Positions 49,688 to 57,532 of a DNA stretch of 64,000 bases are shown here, piece by piece. The DNA comes from an uncultured Bacilli bacterium (lineage in GTDB: Bacteria; Bacillota_I; Bacilli_A; RF39; UBA660): positions 20,374-84,373 of the forward strand of contig CAKOOO010000002.1 in the NCBI GenBank assembly GCA_934098665.1. Reading direction: 5' to 3'. The translations under genes and the position numbers were made by a program. The notes under the pieces were generated by a model. That model was not told the DNA's origin and did not search any database. It saw only the letters and a program-made list of their open reading frames with translations. The stretch's first letter is position 1. Every line of letters starts with the position of its first letter.

Positions 49688-50314
49688 GTGATTACTACGG
49701 AAAAATTAACAAAGAAACAAGAAGTAATACTAGAATATATAAAAAAATATACTGCAAAAAATGGATATAGCCCCACTATAAGAGAAATATGTAATGGTGT
49801 TAAACTTTCAAGTCCTGCAACTGTATTTGTTCATATTAAAAATTTAGAGAATAAAGGCTATATTACAAGTACAAATAATAAATTTAGAACATTATCTTTG
49901 CTTGTAGATAATGAATATGATGAGAAAAAAGAAGATGTTGTAAAAGTGCCTTTACTTGGTAAAATTACTGCAGGAAGTCCAATTACCGCAATTGAAACAC
50001 CTAATGAATTTTTTGATTTACCAGCAAGTTTAGTACCTAAAAATGATGAAGTATTTACTTTACATGTTTCCGGAGAAAGTATGATTAATGCTGGTATATA
50101 TGATAATGATTATGTTATTGTCAAAAGATCAAATACCGCTAGAAATGGGCAAATTGTTGTAGCTATGACACTTCAAAATGAAGCTACATTAAAAAGATTT
50201 TATAAAGAAGATGGACATATTAGACTCCAACCTGAAAATGATACAATGATGCCAATAATCTTGCCTGACTGTAAAATATTAGGTATAGCAATTGGTTTAT
50301 ATAGAAAATTATAA
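49688..50314 (+). CDS. lexA: LexA repressor
   Basis: N-terminal winged HTH LTKKQEVILEYIKKY...GYSPTIREI. C-terminal S24 peptidase with GESM and KRF motifs. A GTG start at 49688 is assumed, since the track start lies inside the promoter. Confidence 0.9.
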   Translation: MITTEKLTKKQEVILEYIKKYTAKNGYSPTIREICNGVKLSSPATVFVHIKNLENKGYITSTNNKFRTLSLLVDNEYDEKKEDVVKVPLLGKITAGSPITAIETPNEFFDLPASLVPKNDEVFTLHVSGESMINAGIYDNDYVIVKRSNTARNGQIVVAMTLQNEATLKRFYKEDGHIRLQPENDTMMPIILPDCKILGIAIGLYRKL

Positions 50315-50360
50315 CAAACTAAAAATGTAAGAAAAACTAATTAATTTTTCTTACATTTTT

Positions 50361-52487
50361 TTATTCTATTACAAAAGGATTAGTATATGTGCCATCACCT
50401 GAGGATATTTCTGTCCCTTGTTTAAGTGATATTGAAGGTCGCACGCCACTCGCGCTGGCCACGAAGTTGTAGTGCAACCCACTGTAGTGCACCACCCGGA
50501 CGCCTACGTGGTTGCCGTCAAAGTTGTGGGGAGAACCAAGCCAAACTTCTTGTCCACTATAAAAGTAATGACTACTTCCACTTCCATAACCAGACAATCT
50601 TAATTCTGGTGCTGTTAATAATCCTATAGGATATTTTAATTTTGCTTTTGCATTATTTACACTAAATCTATCTGTTTCATTTGCACATACTAAACTCTTA
50701 TTACTTGTACTATAATTTTTAAATTCTAATGGTGTTGTACTTCCGCCGTCTGGGTTCCAACCTTCTAAACTTGATATACTTCTATCATTACAAAATATTG
50801 TATCTTCTAGTTTATCATCATATTTATCTTTTATATTTTCTTCATACCAACTATCTATATATGCTTTTATAGTACTATCTTTTTTATTTACATCATCTGC
50901 ATATAACATCTCATTTAATGCATCACTTACTGACTTTCCCCCCGTTAAGGTTATGTAATATGGAGTACCATTATAAATATAATAAACGTAATAAATTGAT
51001 GTACAGCTATTACCATTTGTTAAACATGTATAATGGTGGGTATTTACTTTACTACTATTATTAATAAATGTATCGGAATTTATTGTTACTGTATCAGTTA
51101 ATGTATATGTTCCATTATATGTAAAGGATTTGCCAAATACATAATCTTGATTTGCTAGTGTTGTTACATCTGTTGTTCCTCCAGAAAGTGAGTAATAATA
51201 TATTGTTGTTCCACTATATCCCGCTATATACCATAAACTATAACATGTTCCTGTTGTATTTGAACTATTACATGTATATTTACCTACTAAAGTACTAATA
51301 TTAGAACTTGACACAGTTATTGTTGCTGCATTAGTAAGTGTATATTTATTACTTGCATAGGTTGCTCCATCTCCATATGCTTTTTGTCCACTAAAATATG
51401 TATTATTAATTATTGTCTTAGATGAAGATGGATATACTTTGCTTTCATTATACATATATCCTACATATGCTGGTGAGTTAGAATAATTATTAAATGTACT
51501 TGTTCCTATTTGTGAATTCTGTCCTGTATTATTACATGTTTTTATTATACTATTTGCTTTTCCGAAACTAAATATTACATTATTTCTGTTTCCATCTAAA
51601 GGCGGCATTTGTCTAGTATAAACTAATTTTACTACATTTGATGTAGCAAGGTCTTTAAAAACAATTTGTCCAGTTGCTACTCCAGTATATTTTCCTTGAC
51701 TTACATCATCTTTAAATATTTCTACATTTATATAATCAATATAGTCATCCATTGATAAATCATAATTTATTACATAATCTCCGCTTGTTGGTGCCGTAAA
51801 TGATATTGTTGAACTATTTGCTCCTGTATTTGTACTTGTCCATGTTTTATTTGTTTCATCATATGTATAGGGATATGATATATCATTAGTTAAGTTTGTA
51901 TATTCTGACTGATTTAATAAAGTGTAGTCATCTATAGTTGGTCTTCCACTATATACTATCTTAACTCCACCTGTATCTGTAGTTCTTACTATCTTCCAGC
52001 ATTTATCAGCAAATAAAACATTGTTATTTTCTACAGCTCCGTTAAAGTAATATATATTGTTTTCATATGACGTTGTATCTCCATAATCTGCTCCATTATA
52101 TAGTTTTACAAATACATCATCTCTATTATATCTATTTTCAATTATATTGTATAAAGGTGGTACTATTTCATCAAAATATAAGAAACATTTATCTGTACCT
52201 ATAAAAGCAAAAGACACAGTACCTGTAGCATTATCATAACCTTCTATTTTACCATTATTTTTGCAATAACTTTTTTCTGTGTTCAATGTATAATCACCTT
52301 TAGGAATATCCTTTGAGCTTGATTTTGTATATTCTGTAGCACCAGATTCTTTTATCATTATAGATAATTTTTCTTCTTTAACAATTTTATTTTTACTTAA
52401 ACTATTTTGCTTAAATTTATAGGTTAAAATTAAACTTAAAACACCTACAAATAAAAATACGAACAACACTATTTTTTTCTTCTTCAT
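50361..52487 (-). CDS. surface protein B of the lectin-like paralog family (mosaic, carries GC-rich variable island)
   Basis: The N-terminal ~130 aa are nearly identical to gene C. The C-terminal ~250 aa are nearly identical to gene A, apart from the GC-rich island. Confidence 0.85.
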   Translation of the reverse strand: MKKKKIVLFVFLFVGVLSLILTYKFKQNSLSKNKIVKEEKLSIMIKESGATEYTKSSSKDIPKGDYTLNTEKSYCKNNGKIEGYDNATGTVSFAFIGTDKCFLYFDEIVPPLYNIIENRYNRDDVFVKLYNGADYGDTTSYENNIYYFNGAVENNNVLFADKCWKIVRTTDTGGVKIVYSGRPTIDDYTLLNQSEYTNLTNDISYPYTYDETNKTWTSTNTGANSSTISFTAPTSGDYVINYDLSMDDYIDYINVEIFKDDVSQGKYTGVATGQIVFKDLATSNVVKLVYTRQMPPLDGNRNNVIFSFGKANSIIKTCNNTGQNSQIGTSTFNNYSNSPAYVGYMYNESKVYPSSSKTIINNTYFSGQKAYGDGATYASNKYTLTNAATITVSSSNISTLVGKYTCNSSNTTGTCYSLWYIAGYSGTTIYYYSLSGGTTDVTTLANQDYVFGKSFTYNGTYTLTDTVTINSDTFINNSSKVNTHHYTCLTNGNSCTSIYYVYYIYNGTPYYITLTGGKSVSDALNEMLYADDVNKKDSTIKAYIDSWYEENIKDKYDDKLEDTIFCNDRSISSLEGWNPDGGSTTPLEFKNYSTSNKSLVCANETDRFSVNNAKAKLKYPIGLLTAPELRLSGYGSGSSHYFYSGQEVWLGSPHNFDGNHVGVRVVHYSGLHYNFVASASGVRPSISLKQGTEISSGDGTYTNPFVIE
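50437..50537 (-). other. candidate DGR variable region (VR-B)
   Basis: 101 nt at about 62% G+C (hand count). It encodes GSP-HNFDGNHVGVRVVHYSGLHYNFVASASG-VRP, at the same position as VR-A. Confidence 0.5.
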
Positions 52488-52534
52488 ACACTCCTCTTTT
52501 TCCGCATAAGTACGCCATCGAGTTTTCTTATATT

Positions 52535-52657
52535 AGGTAGATTTAAGAAAATTACATAGCGTAATTTCGTTATTTAGACTTTAAAAATATAAAAAAGTAA
52601 TGTATAATTTAATAGTAAGGTACGTAAATACGAAGTAGAATTTTCTTAAATCTACCT
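52535..52657. promoter_or_regulatory. invertible-switch copy 2 upstream of gene B, promoter-like segment facing away from the gene
   Basis: Perfect 19-bp inverted repeats: aggtagatttaagaaaatt (52535-52553) and aattttcttaaatctacct (52639-52657). The interior has TTTAAA-17-TATAAT on the plus strand (52580-52608). Confidence 0.65.
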
Positions 52658-52727
52658 ACTTTAGGAAAATACGAACAAGGTAATTACTTGGTTTATTTGA
52701 TATTAACCTATTTTTTTAAATTTACAT

Positions 52728-52754
52728 AAAAAAATATTATCCTTTTTGGGATAA
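52728..52754 (-). terminator. rho-independent terminator of cotJC
   Basis: uuaucc-caaaaa-ggauaa hairpin plus a U-run on the minus strand. Confidence 0.55.
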
Positions 52755-52768
52755 CATTTATTTTTTTA

Positions 52769-53326
52769 TTAATAGCCTTTAGATTTATAATAATCGTATA
52801 ACTGTTTAAATCTATTAAAGTGAACTACCTCTCTTTGTCTTAAAAAAAGTAGTGGTCCAATTATATCTTCATCTGTAGTTTGATTTATTAAGCCTTCATA
52901 AGTTGCTCTTGCTTTTTCTTCAGCGGCCATATCTTCAGAAAGGTTTGCAAGAACATCACCAGTTACTGCAAAATAAGCACAAGTAAATGGATTTCCAGTG
53001 GCATCAACTGGGAAAATGCCTACTCCATGTTCTGTATAATAACTTCCAAGGCCAGCTTTTTCAAGTTCATCAATTGTCGCATTTTTAGTAAGTTCATGCA
53101 CCATAGCACAAATCATTTCAACATGTCCAAGTTCTTCGGTTGCTATATCATTTAAAAGCGCTCTACCTTTATCATCTGGCATTGTAAATTTTTGTGAAAA
53201 ATATCTCATTGCTGCCCCAAGTTCACCATTAGGTCCTCCAAATTGAGTTATTAAATATTTTGCCATTTTTAAATCTTTTTTTGTAATATTTATTGGATAA
53301 GCAAGTTTTTTATCATATTTAAACAT
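52769..53326 (-). CDS. cotJC: manganese catalase-family spore coat protein CotJC
   Basis: MFKYDKKLAYPI..., ITQFGGPNGELGAAMRY and EELGHVEM motifs. Start at M13 of the track ORF, 8 nt after GAGGA. Confidence 0.85.
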   Translation of the reverse strand: MFKYDKKLAYPINITKKDLKMAKYLITQFGGPNGELGAAMRYFSQKFTMPDDKGRALLNDIATEELGHVEMICAMVHELTKNATIDELEKAGLGSYYTEHGVGIFPVDATGNPFTCAYFAVTGDVLANLSEDMAAEEKARATYEGLINQTTDEDIIGPLLFLRQREVVHFNRFKQLYDYYKSKGY

Positions 53327-53765
53327 ATTTTCCATCCTCACTTTCCCATGGCCATGGACCATTTACCCATTTAAATGAATTATAATTGTTTCCTTTACTA
53401 TAACAAAGTGGGCCATATTTTTCCTCATATTCTTTAGAGTATTTTTCAAGTTTTTCACACCACATTTTATATTTTGCAAATAAATTTTCATCATTTGGAT
53501 TTAAATCTAGTGCAAGTACATAATCATTTACCGCAAAAGATGATTCCATAACTTTAAATAAATCTTTATCTTTTTCTGTTTTAAGTTTTGGCATTAAATA
53601 AGTATAATTTTTATAAGGTTTATATTCATTTGGAAACATATTACCTTTTAAAAATCCTTCTTCCGAAGAAAGTTTTTCTTCATATTTTTTACTAAAATCT
53701 AACCCAGGAAAATTATAAAGCATATCACTATAACTATTAAAATAGTTATCATTATCAAATAACAT
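53319..53765 (-). CDS. cotJB: CotJA-CotJB fusion-like spore coat protein
   Basis: The N-terminal part, EEGFLKGNMFPNEYKPY, is CotJA-like. The C-terminal part, FAVNDYVLALDLNPNDENLFAKY, is CotJB-like. It overlaps cotJC. Confidence 0.6.
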   Translation of the reverse strand: MLFDNDNYFNSYSDMLYNFPGLDFSKKYEEKLSSEEGFLKGNMFPNEYKPYKNYTYLMPKLKTEKDKDLFKVMESSFAVNDYVLALDLNPNDENLFAKYKMWCEKLEKYSKEYEEKYGPLCYSKGNNYNSFKWVNGPWPWESEDGKYV

Positions 53766-53860
53766 ATTTTTTCCCCTTTCATAGATAAGTTATGAAAAGA
53801 GGAAAAAATACATTAGTTTTTTTGCCTATAAAAAAGAAAACCTTTAAAAAAGCTTTCTTA

Positions 53861-54340
53861 TTAAACATTAAATGTTTTAACAGTTATATTATTATCCTTT
53901 AAAAGATTTATTAAGTCGCTTACTTTTAAAAATACAGTAGCACTGTTATCATTTGGATGAACACCAATTTTATCACTTAGATTTTCATCTATATAAAAAA
54001 CTACTTTTCTTTCTTTATCATTAAGAAGTCCAAAGGGAGTTACACTACCCGTAGTTAAGCCCAAAATATTTAATAAATCATCATTACTTGCAAAACTAAG
54101 TCTTTTAGTATTATATTTTTCTTTAAAAGATTTTAAATCAAGTTTTTTATTTCCTTTTATAGTTATTAAATAATAATGTTTCTTTTTATCATCTCTTACA
54201 AATAAATTTTTTGCATCATACTCTTTATAAGGTAAATTTATTTTTTCAATTTCTTCCATAGTAAAAACTTTCTTATGGTTTATAACTTCATACCTTATAT
54301 TTTTACTATCAAGTAAATTATATATTTGTTCTTTATTCAT
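53861..54340 (-). CDS. YbaK/ProX-type aminoacyl-tRNA editing domain protein
   Basis: 159 aa. KNLFVRDDKKKHYYLI...TGSVTPFGLLND, typical of prolyl-tRNA-synthetase-associated editing domains. Confidence 0.7.
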   Translation of the reverse strand: MNKEQIYNLLDSKNIRYEVINHKKVFTMEEIEKINLPYKEYDAKNLFVRDDKKKHYYLITIKGNKKLDLKSFKEKYNTKRLSFASNDDLLNILGLTTGSVTPFGLLNDKERKVVFYIDENLSDKIGVHPNDNSATVFLKVSDLINLLKDNNITVKTFNV

Positions 54341-54499
54341 AAACTCCTCACATTTAAAAAGAAAACTTATATTTCAAAGTTTTCGTTTACATTTTCGTTC
54401 GGAATAATTTATATCCCGCACCATCCAAGAGCGGCTAACATTTTCTAAACATTTTCTTAAATGCAATTATATTTTACCATATTGTTTATTGTTTTTCAA
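54341..54499 (-). promoter_or_regulatory. promoter plus ~120-nt leader with an intrinsic terminator (candidate attenuator or riboswitch)
   Basis: On the minus strand, TTGAAA (54494-54499), 17 nt, then TGgTAAAAT (-10 at 54471-54476). The hairpin gaaaacuu-ugaaauau-aaguuuuc plus U5 lies at 54355-54384, directly before the RBS. Confidence 0.35.
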
Positions 54500-54509
54500 A
54501 TACTAAAAC

Positions 54510-54752
54510 TTACTTTTTTAGACCTTTCATAACTTCTTGAAATATTGCTACTGCTTTTTTCTTTCTAAGTTCTTCGGTTATTTCTTTAACAATATAATTA
54601 TCATTTATTACTTCATAAGTTCCAAATATAACATTTAACATTTTATACTCATTATAAGTATTATCTGTATAAAAAATATACTTGTAATCATCATCAACAT
54701 AGGTAAAAAGTATAAAATATTTTTTGCCATCAATTTCAATTATATCTTTCAT
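54510..54752 (-). CDS. small DUF1292-like protein
   Basis: 80 aa. The DGKKYFILFTY pattern resembles the family. Confidence 0.4.
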   Translation of the reverse strand: MKDIIEIDGKKYFILFTYVDDDYKYIFYTDNTYNEYKMLNVIFGTYEVINDNYIVKEITEELRKKKAVAIFQEVMKGLKK

Positions 54753-54793
54753 TTTACTCCTTTAAAATTCAAAAAAAGTGAATTAAATCACTT

Positions 54794-55210
54794 TTATCTG
54801 TATAAACTTTTAACTTGTTCTTCAATTTGATCATTAACTGTTGTGCTATCAAATGTATGAGAATCTATTCCATAATCTTCTGCTTGATTACCATAAATTG
54901 TACAAAAATTATAATTTTCTCCAGAAGTAGCTACTGTTTGGCCATTTTCAACTGTATACCATAAACAAGTATTAGGATCATATTTATAGCCATCAGGAAT
55001 AATTCTAACATTTTGTTGTTTAGTACGTTTTTCAACTTCATTAATACTATGTTCTATAACTTTATCTCCATAGATAAACGCAAATGGACACTTACTTGTT
55101 AAATGATTACTGTTTGAATGAGAATAAAGTGTTACCCCTAAAGTCATTGCTAATGTAGCCGCCATAACACCGAATGTTATTTCTTTTTTTGTTTTGTTAT
55201 CAATTTTCAT
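54794..55210 (-). CDS. membrane-anchored hypothetical protein
   Basis: 138 aa with one N-terminal TM segment. Confidence 0.45.
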   Translation of the reverse strand: MKIDNKTKKEITFGVMAATLAMTLGVTLYSHSNSNHLTSKCPFAFIYGDKVIEHSINEVEKRTKQQNVRIIPDGYKYDPNTCLWYTVENGQTVATSGENYNFCTIYGNQAEDYGIDSHTFDSTTVNDQIEEQVKSLYR

Positions 55211-55274
55211 TTAAATTTCCCCCTAAGTGTTATAATTGTAGCATATTTTTTATAACTGTCAAATTTGTGTAAAT

Positions 55275-55946
55275 CTATTTCTTTTTATAAGCTCTTATGA
55301 CATCTTTGGATATATCTTCGATAGAGCGAACTACTCCATTTTCAAAACAATTAATTTGAATATAATTAAATATTTTTGCAAGTTCAAGGTAAGCTCTTTG
55401 ACTTTTCTTTAAGTATTCTTCATCCATTTCATTTTGATCAAGGGCCTCAGGTCTATTTGCTCTAAGTGCTCTTGCACCCTCGACTGGCATATATAAAAAT
55501 ATTACTTTATCTGCTCGAGGAAGACCTAAAAGATCAAACTCCAAAGTTGCATTAAAATTGTAAAGTGAAAGTCTTTTTTCTTTATCATCCTCTTTACCTG
55601 CTTGATGAGCCATATTTGAATATACATATCTATCTAGTATTACTGTATAGCCTTCATTTAATTTTTTTTGAATAATAGGAAGATTGTAAAGTCTATCTGC
55701 TGCATAATAAAGTGAGGATACTTTTGGATCTACATTTGGTGCTCCCTCAGGGAAAAAACCCTCAGAAATATAACGTTTACCTAAAAATGGGCCTCCAACG
55801 ATTTTACCTGTGGGGCTATCATAATTTGGAAAAGACATAGTAAATACTTTAGTATTATTTTCTTCTAAATACTTTACAAGTAGTTTTGTTTGAGTTTCTT
55901 TTCCAGAACAATCTGTTCCTTCGATAACAATTAATTTACCTTTCAT
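55275..55946 (-). CDS. tmk: thymidylate kinase
   Basis: P-loop IVIEGTDCSGKETQ and the DRY motif. Confidence 0.9.
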   Translation of the reverse strand: MKGKLIVIEGTDCSGKETQTKLLVKYLEENNTKVFTMSFPNYDSPTGKIVGGPFLGKRYISEGFFPEGAPNVDPKVSSLYYAADRLYNLPIIQKKLNEGYTVILDRYVYSNMAHQAGKEDDKEKRLSLYNFNATLEFDLLGLPRADKVIFLYMPVEGARALRANRPEALDQNEMDEEYLKKSQRAYLELAKIFNYIQINCFENGVVRSIEDISKDVIRAYKKK

Positions 55947-56418
55947 TTTTCCTCCTATATAAAATGTGTTTATATTCTAAATTATTTTCTTTATTTTCTC
56001 CAAGTAAAGTTTGATTATAATTATTTTCATCAAACGAAGGAAAATATTTATCTGCAACTGCATTTGCATAAACCTTTGTTAAATAAATATTTTGTGCATA
56101 ATTAATAAAATAATTATAAAGACTTTCACCCCCAATTATAAAAACCTCTTCTTCACTATTTAAATATTTTTCTAATACTTCCTCTAAGGAATTTATAATA
56201 GTTATTCCATCAGTTTCTTTTAAAGAGTTAGATACAACGATATTTATTCTTTTAGGAAGAGGTTTACCAATTGACTCATAAGTTTTTCTTCCCATAATAA
56301 CCGTTTTACCTATTGTAGTATTTCTAAAAAATTTTAAATCTCCAGGAATATTAAATATTAAATGATTGTCAAGTCCAAGTTCATTATTTTTACCAACTGC
56401 TGCGATTAATGATATCAT
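55936..56418 (-). CDS. folA: dihydrofolate reductase
   Basis: MISLIAAV...GRKTYESIGKPLPKR...IGG. Sits downstream of thyA. Confidence 0.9.
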   Translation of the reverse strand: MISLIAAVGKNNELGLDNHLIFNIPGDLKFFRNTTIGKTVIMGRKTYESIGKPLPKRINIVVSNSLKETDGITIINSLEEVLEKYLNSEEEVFIIGGESLYNYFINYAQNIYLTKVYANAVADKYFPSFDENNYNQTLLGENKENNLEYKHILYRRKNER

Positions 56419-56425
56419 ATTTCAC

Positions 56426-57523
56426 CTACTGTGCCAAAGGGAAAGTTATTTCCCCGTGATGTTTATAATTTCTTACTCTAACATTTGTTAAATTTTTATC
56501 ATCAATATCCTCAAAAGAATTAATATTTTTATCAATTTCTAATATTGGTGCTGGATAGTCTTCTCTAAGACCTTGTTTAATTTCTTCGCCTCTTTGAATT
56601 TGCTCTTTTATACCATCTATTTGATTTACATAAATATGAGCATCTTTAATGGTATAATTAAGAACTCCTGGTTTTAAACCTGTAATATGTGCCAAAAGAT
56701 AAGCAAGTGTTGAATATTGTGTTACATTAAAAGGTAGTCCAAGTGGTACATCACAACTTCTTTGAACAACTGTACCATTTAAATAACCATCAGTTACATC
56801 CCACATTGACATAAATACACAAGGTTTTAAAACAGCATCTTTTATATCTTCCTCTTGCCATAAATTAATTAGTATTCTTCGAGAGTCTGATATTGATGGA
56901 TCTATTTTACTTGCATTTATTAAAGCAATTGTTCTATTTAAATAATCATTTTTATTTACTGTATAACCATAAGCATGTCCTATTGTATGGGCATACTCTT
57001 TACCAAAATATCTAGCAAAGCGAAGTACTTTTCCCTCTTCTGTTGCTTTTTTTGTTGGGGATGCCATCATAGGTTTTGAGTTTATTGTTTTTTCACTTTC
57101 TTTATAAATGCCTTCTTCATCATAATACATTTTTTCTAATATGTCTTTACCATCACTACCTATTTTCCCCGTATTAAAATAGACTGGTAAACTTGCTGGA
57201 GCATTTTCTGGTTCTTTACCATTTGGATAATATATTCTATAAATACCATCTTCATCAATTTCCCATTCATCCCAAATATGAACACCTCTATCTTGAAGCC
57301 ATCTTACATCATTAATACCTTTATATATCCATAAAAGTTCTTTTATTGCTGCTTTATAATATAATTTTTTAGTAGTTAAAAATGGAAACTCTTTTTCTAA
57401 ATCAAAAGAAAAATTATAATTAGGTATTTTAATTGTATTAATACCTGTTCTATTAATAACTTCTTTACCTTCCTCTAAAATAGTTTTACATAATTTTAAA
57501 TATTCTTTATCCCAATTAGACAT
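56426..57523 (-). CDS. thyA: thymidylate synthase (long form with a large insertion after IWDEW)
   Basis: NRTG, ELLWIYKG, IWDEW, DSRRIL, KPC, QRSCDVPLGLPFN and DAHIY are all present. Confidence 0.85.
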   Translation of the reverse strand: MSNWDKEYLKLCKTILEEGKEVINRTGINTIKIPNYNFSFDLEKEFPFLTTKKLYYKAAIKELLWIYKGINDVRWLQDRGVHIWDEWEIDEDGIYRIYYPNGKEPENAPASLPVYFNTGKIGSDGKDILEKMYYDEEGIYKESEKTINSKPMMASPTKKATEEGKVLRFARYFGKEYAHTIGHAYGYTVNKNDYLNRTIALINASKIDPSISDSRRILINLWQEEDIKDAVLKPCVFMSMWDVTDGYLNGTVVQRSCDVPLGLPFNVTQYSTLAYLLAHITGLKPGVLNYTIKDAHIYVNQIDGIKEQIQRGEEIKQGLREDYPAPILEIDKNINSFEDIDDKNLTNVRVRNYKHHGEITFPLAQ

Positions 57524-57532
57524 ATTACCTCC

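Noticed and set aside
54341-54470. A T-box riboswitch upstream of the tRNA-editing gene.
   Set aside because: The leader is only ~120 nt, too short for Stem I plus specifier and antiterminator. The GGAUGGU similarity to the T-box sequence is partial. It is kept only as an unclassified leader.
56426-57523. An unusually long ThyA (365 aa) with a ~95-aa insertion after IWDEW. I considered whether it is a divergent pyrimidine hydroxymethylase or an inactive copy.
   Set aside because: All residues I can place are present: the Arg of NRTG, the RR pair, the catalytic Cys, QRSCD, the Asn of PFN, and DAHIY. Insertions at this site are known in Lactobacillus-type ThyA. The operon context with folA and tmk fits a normal enzyme.
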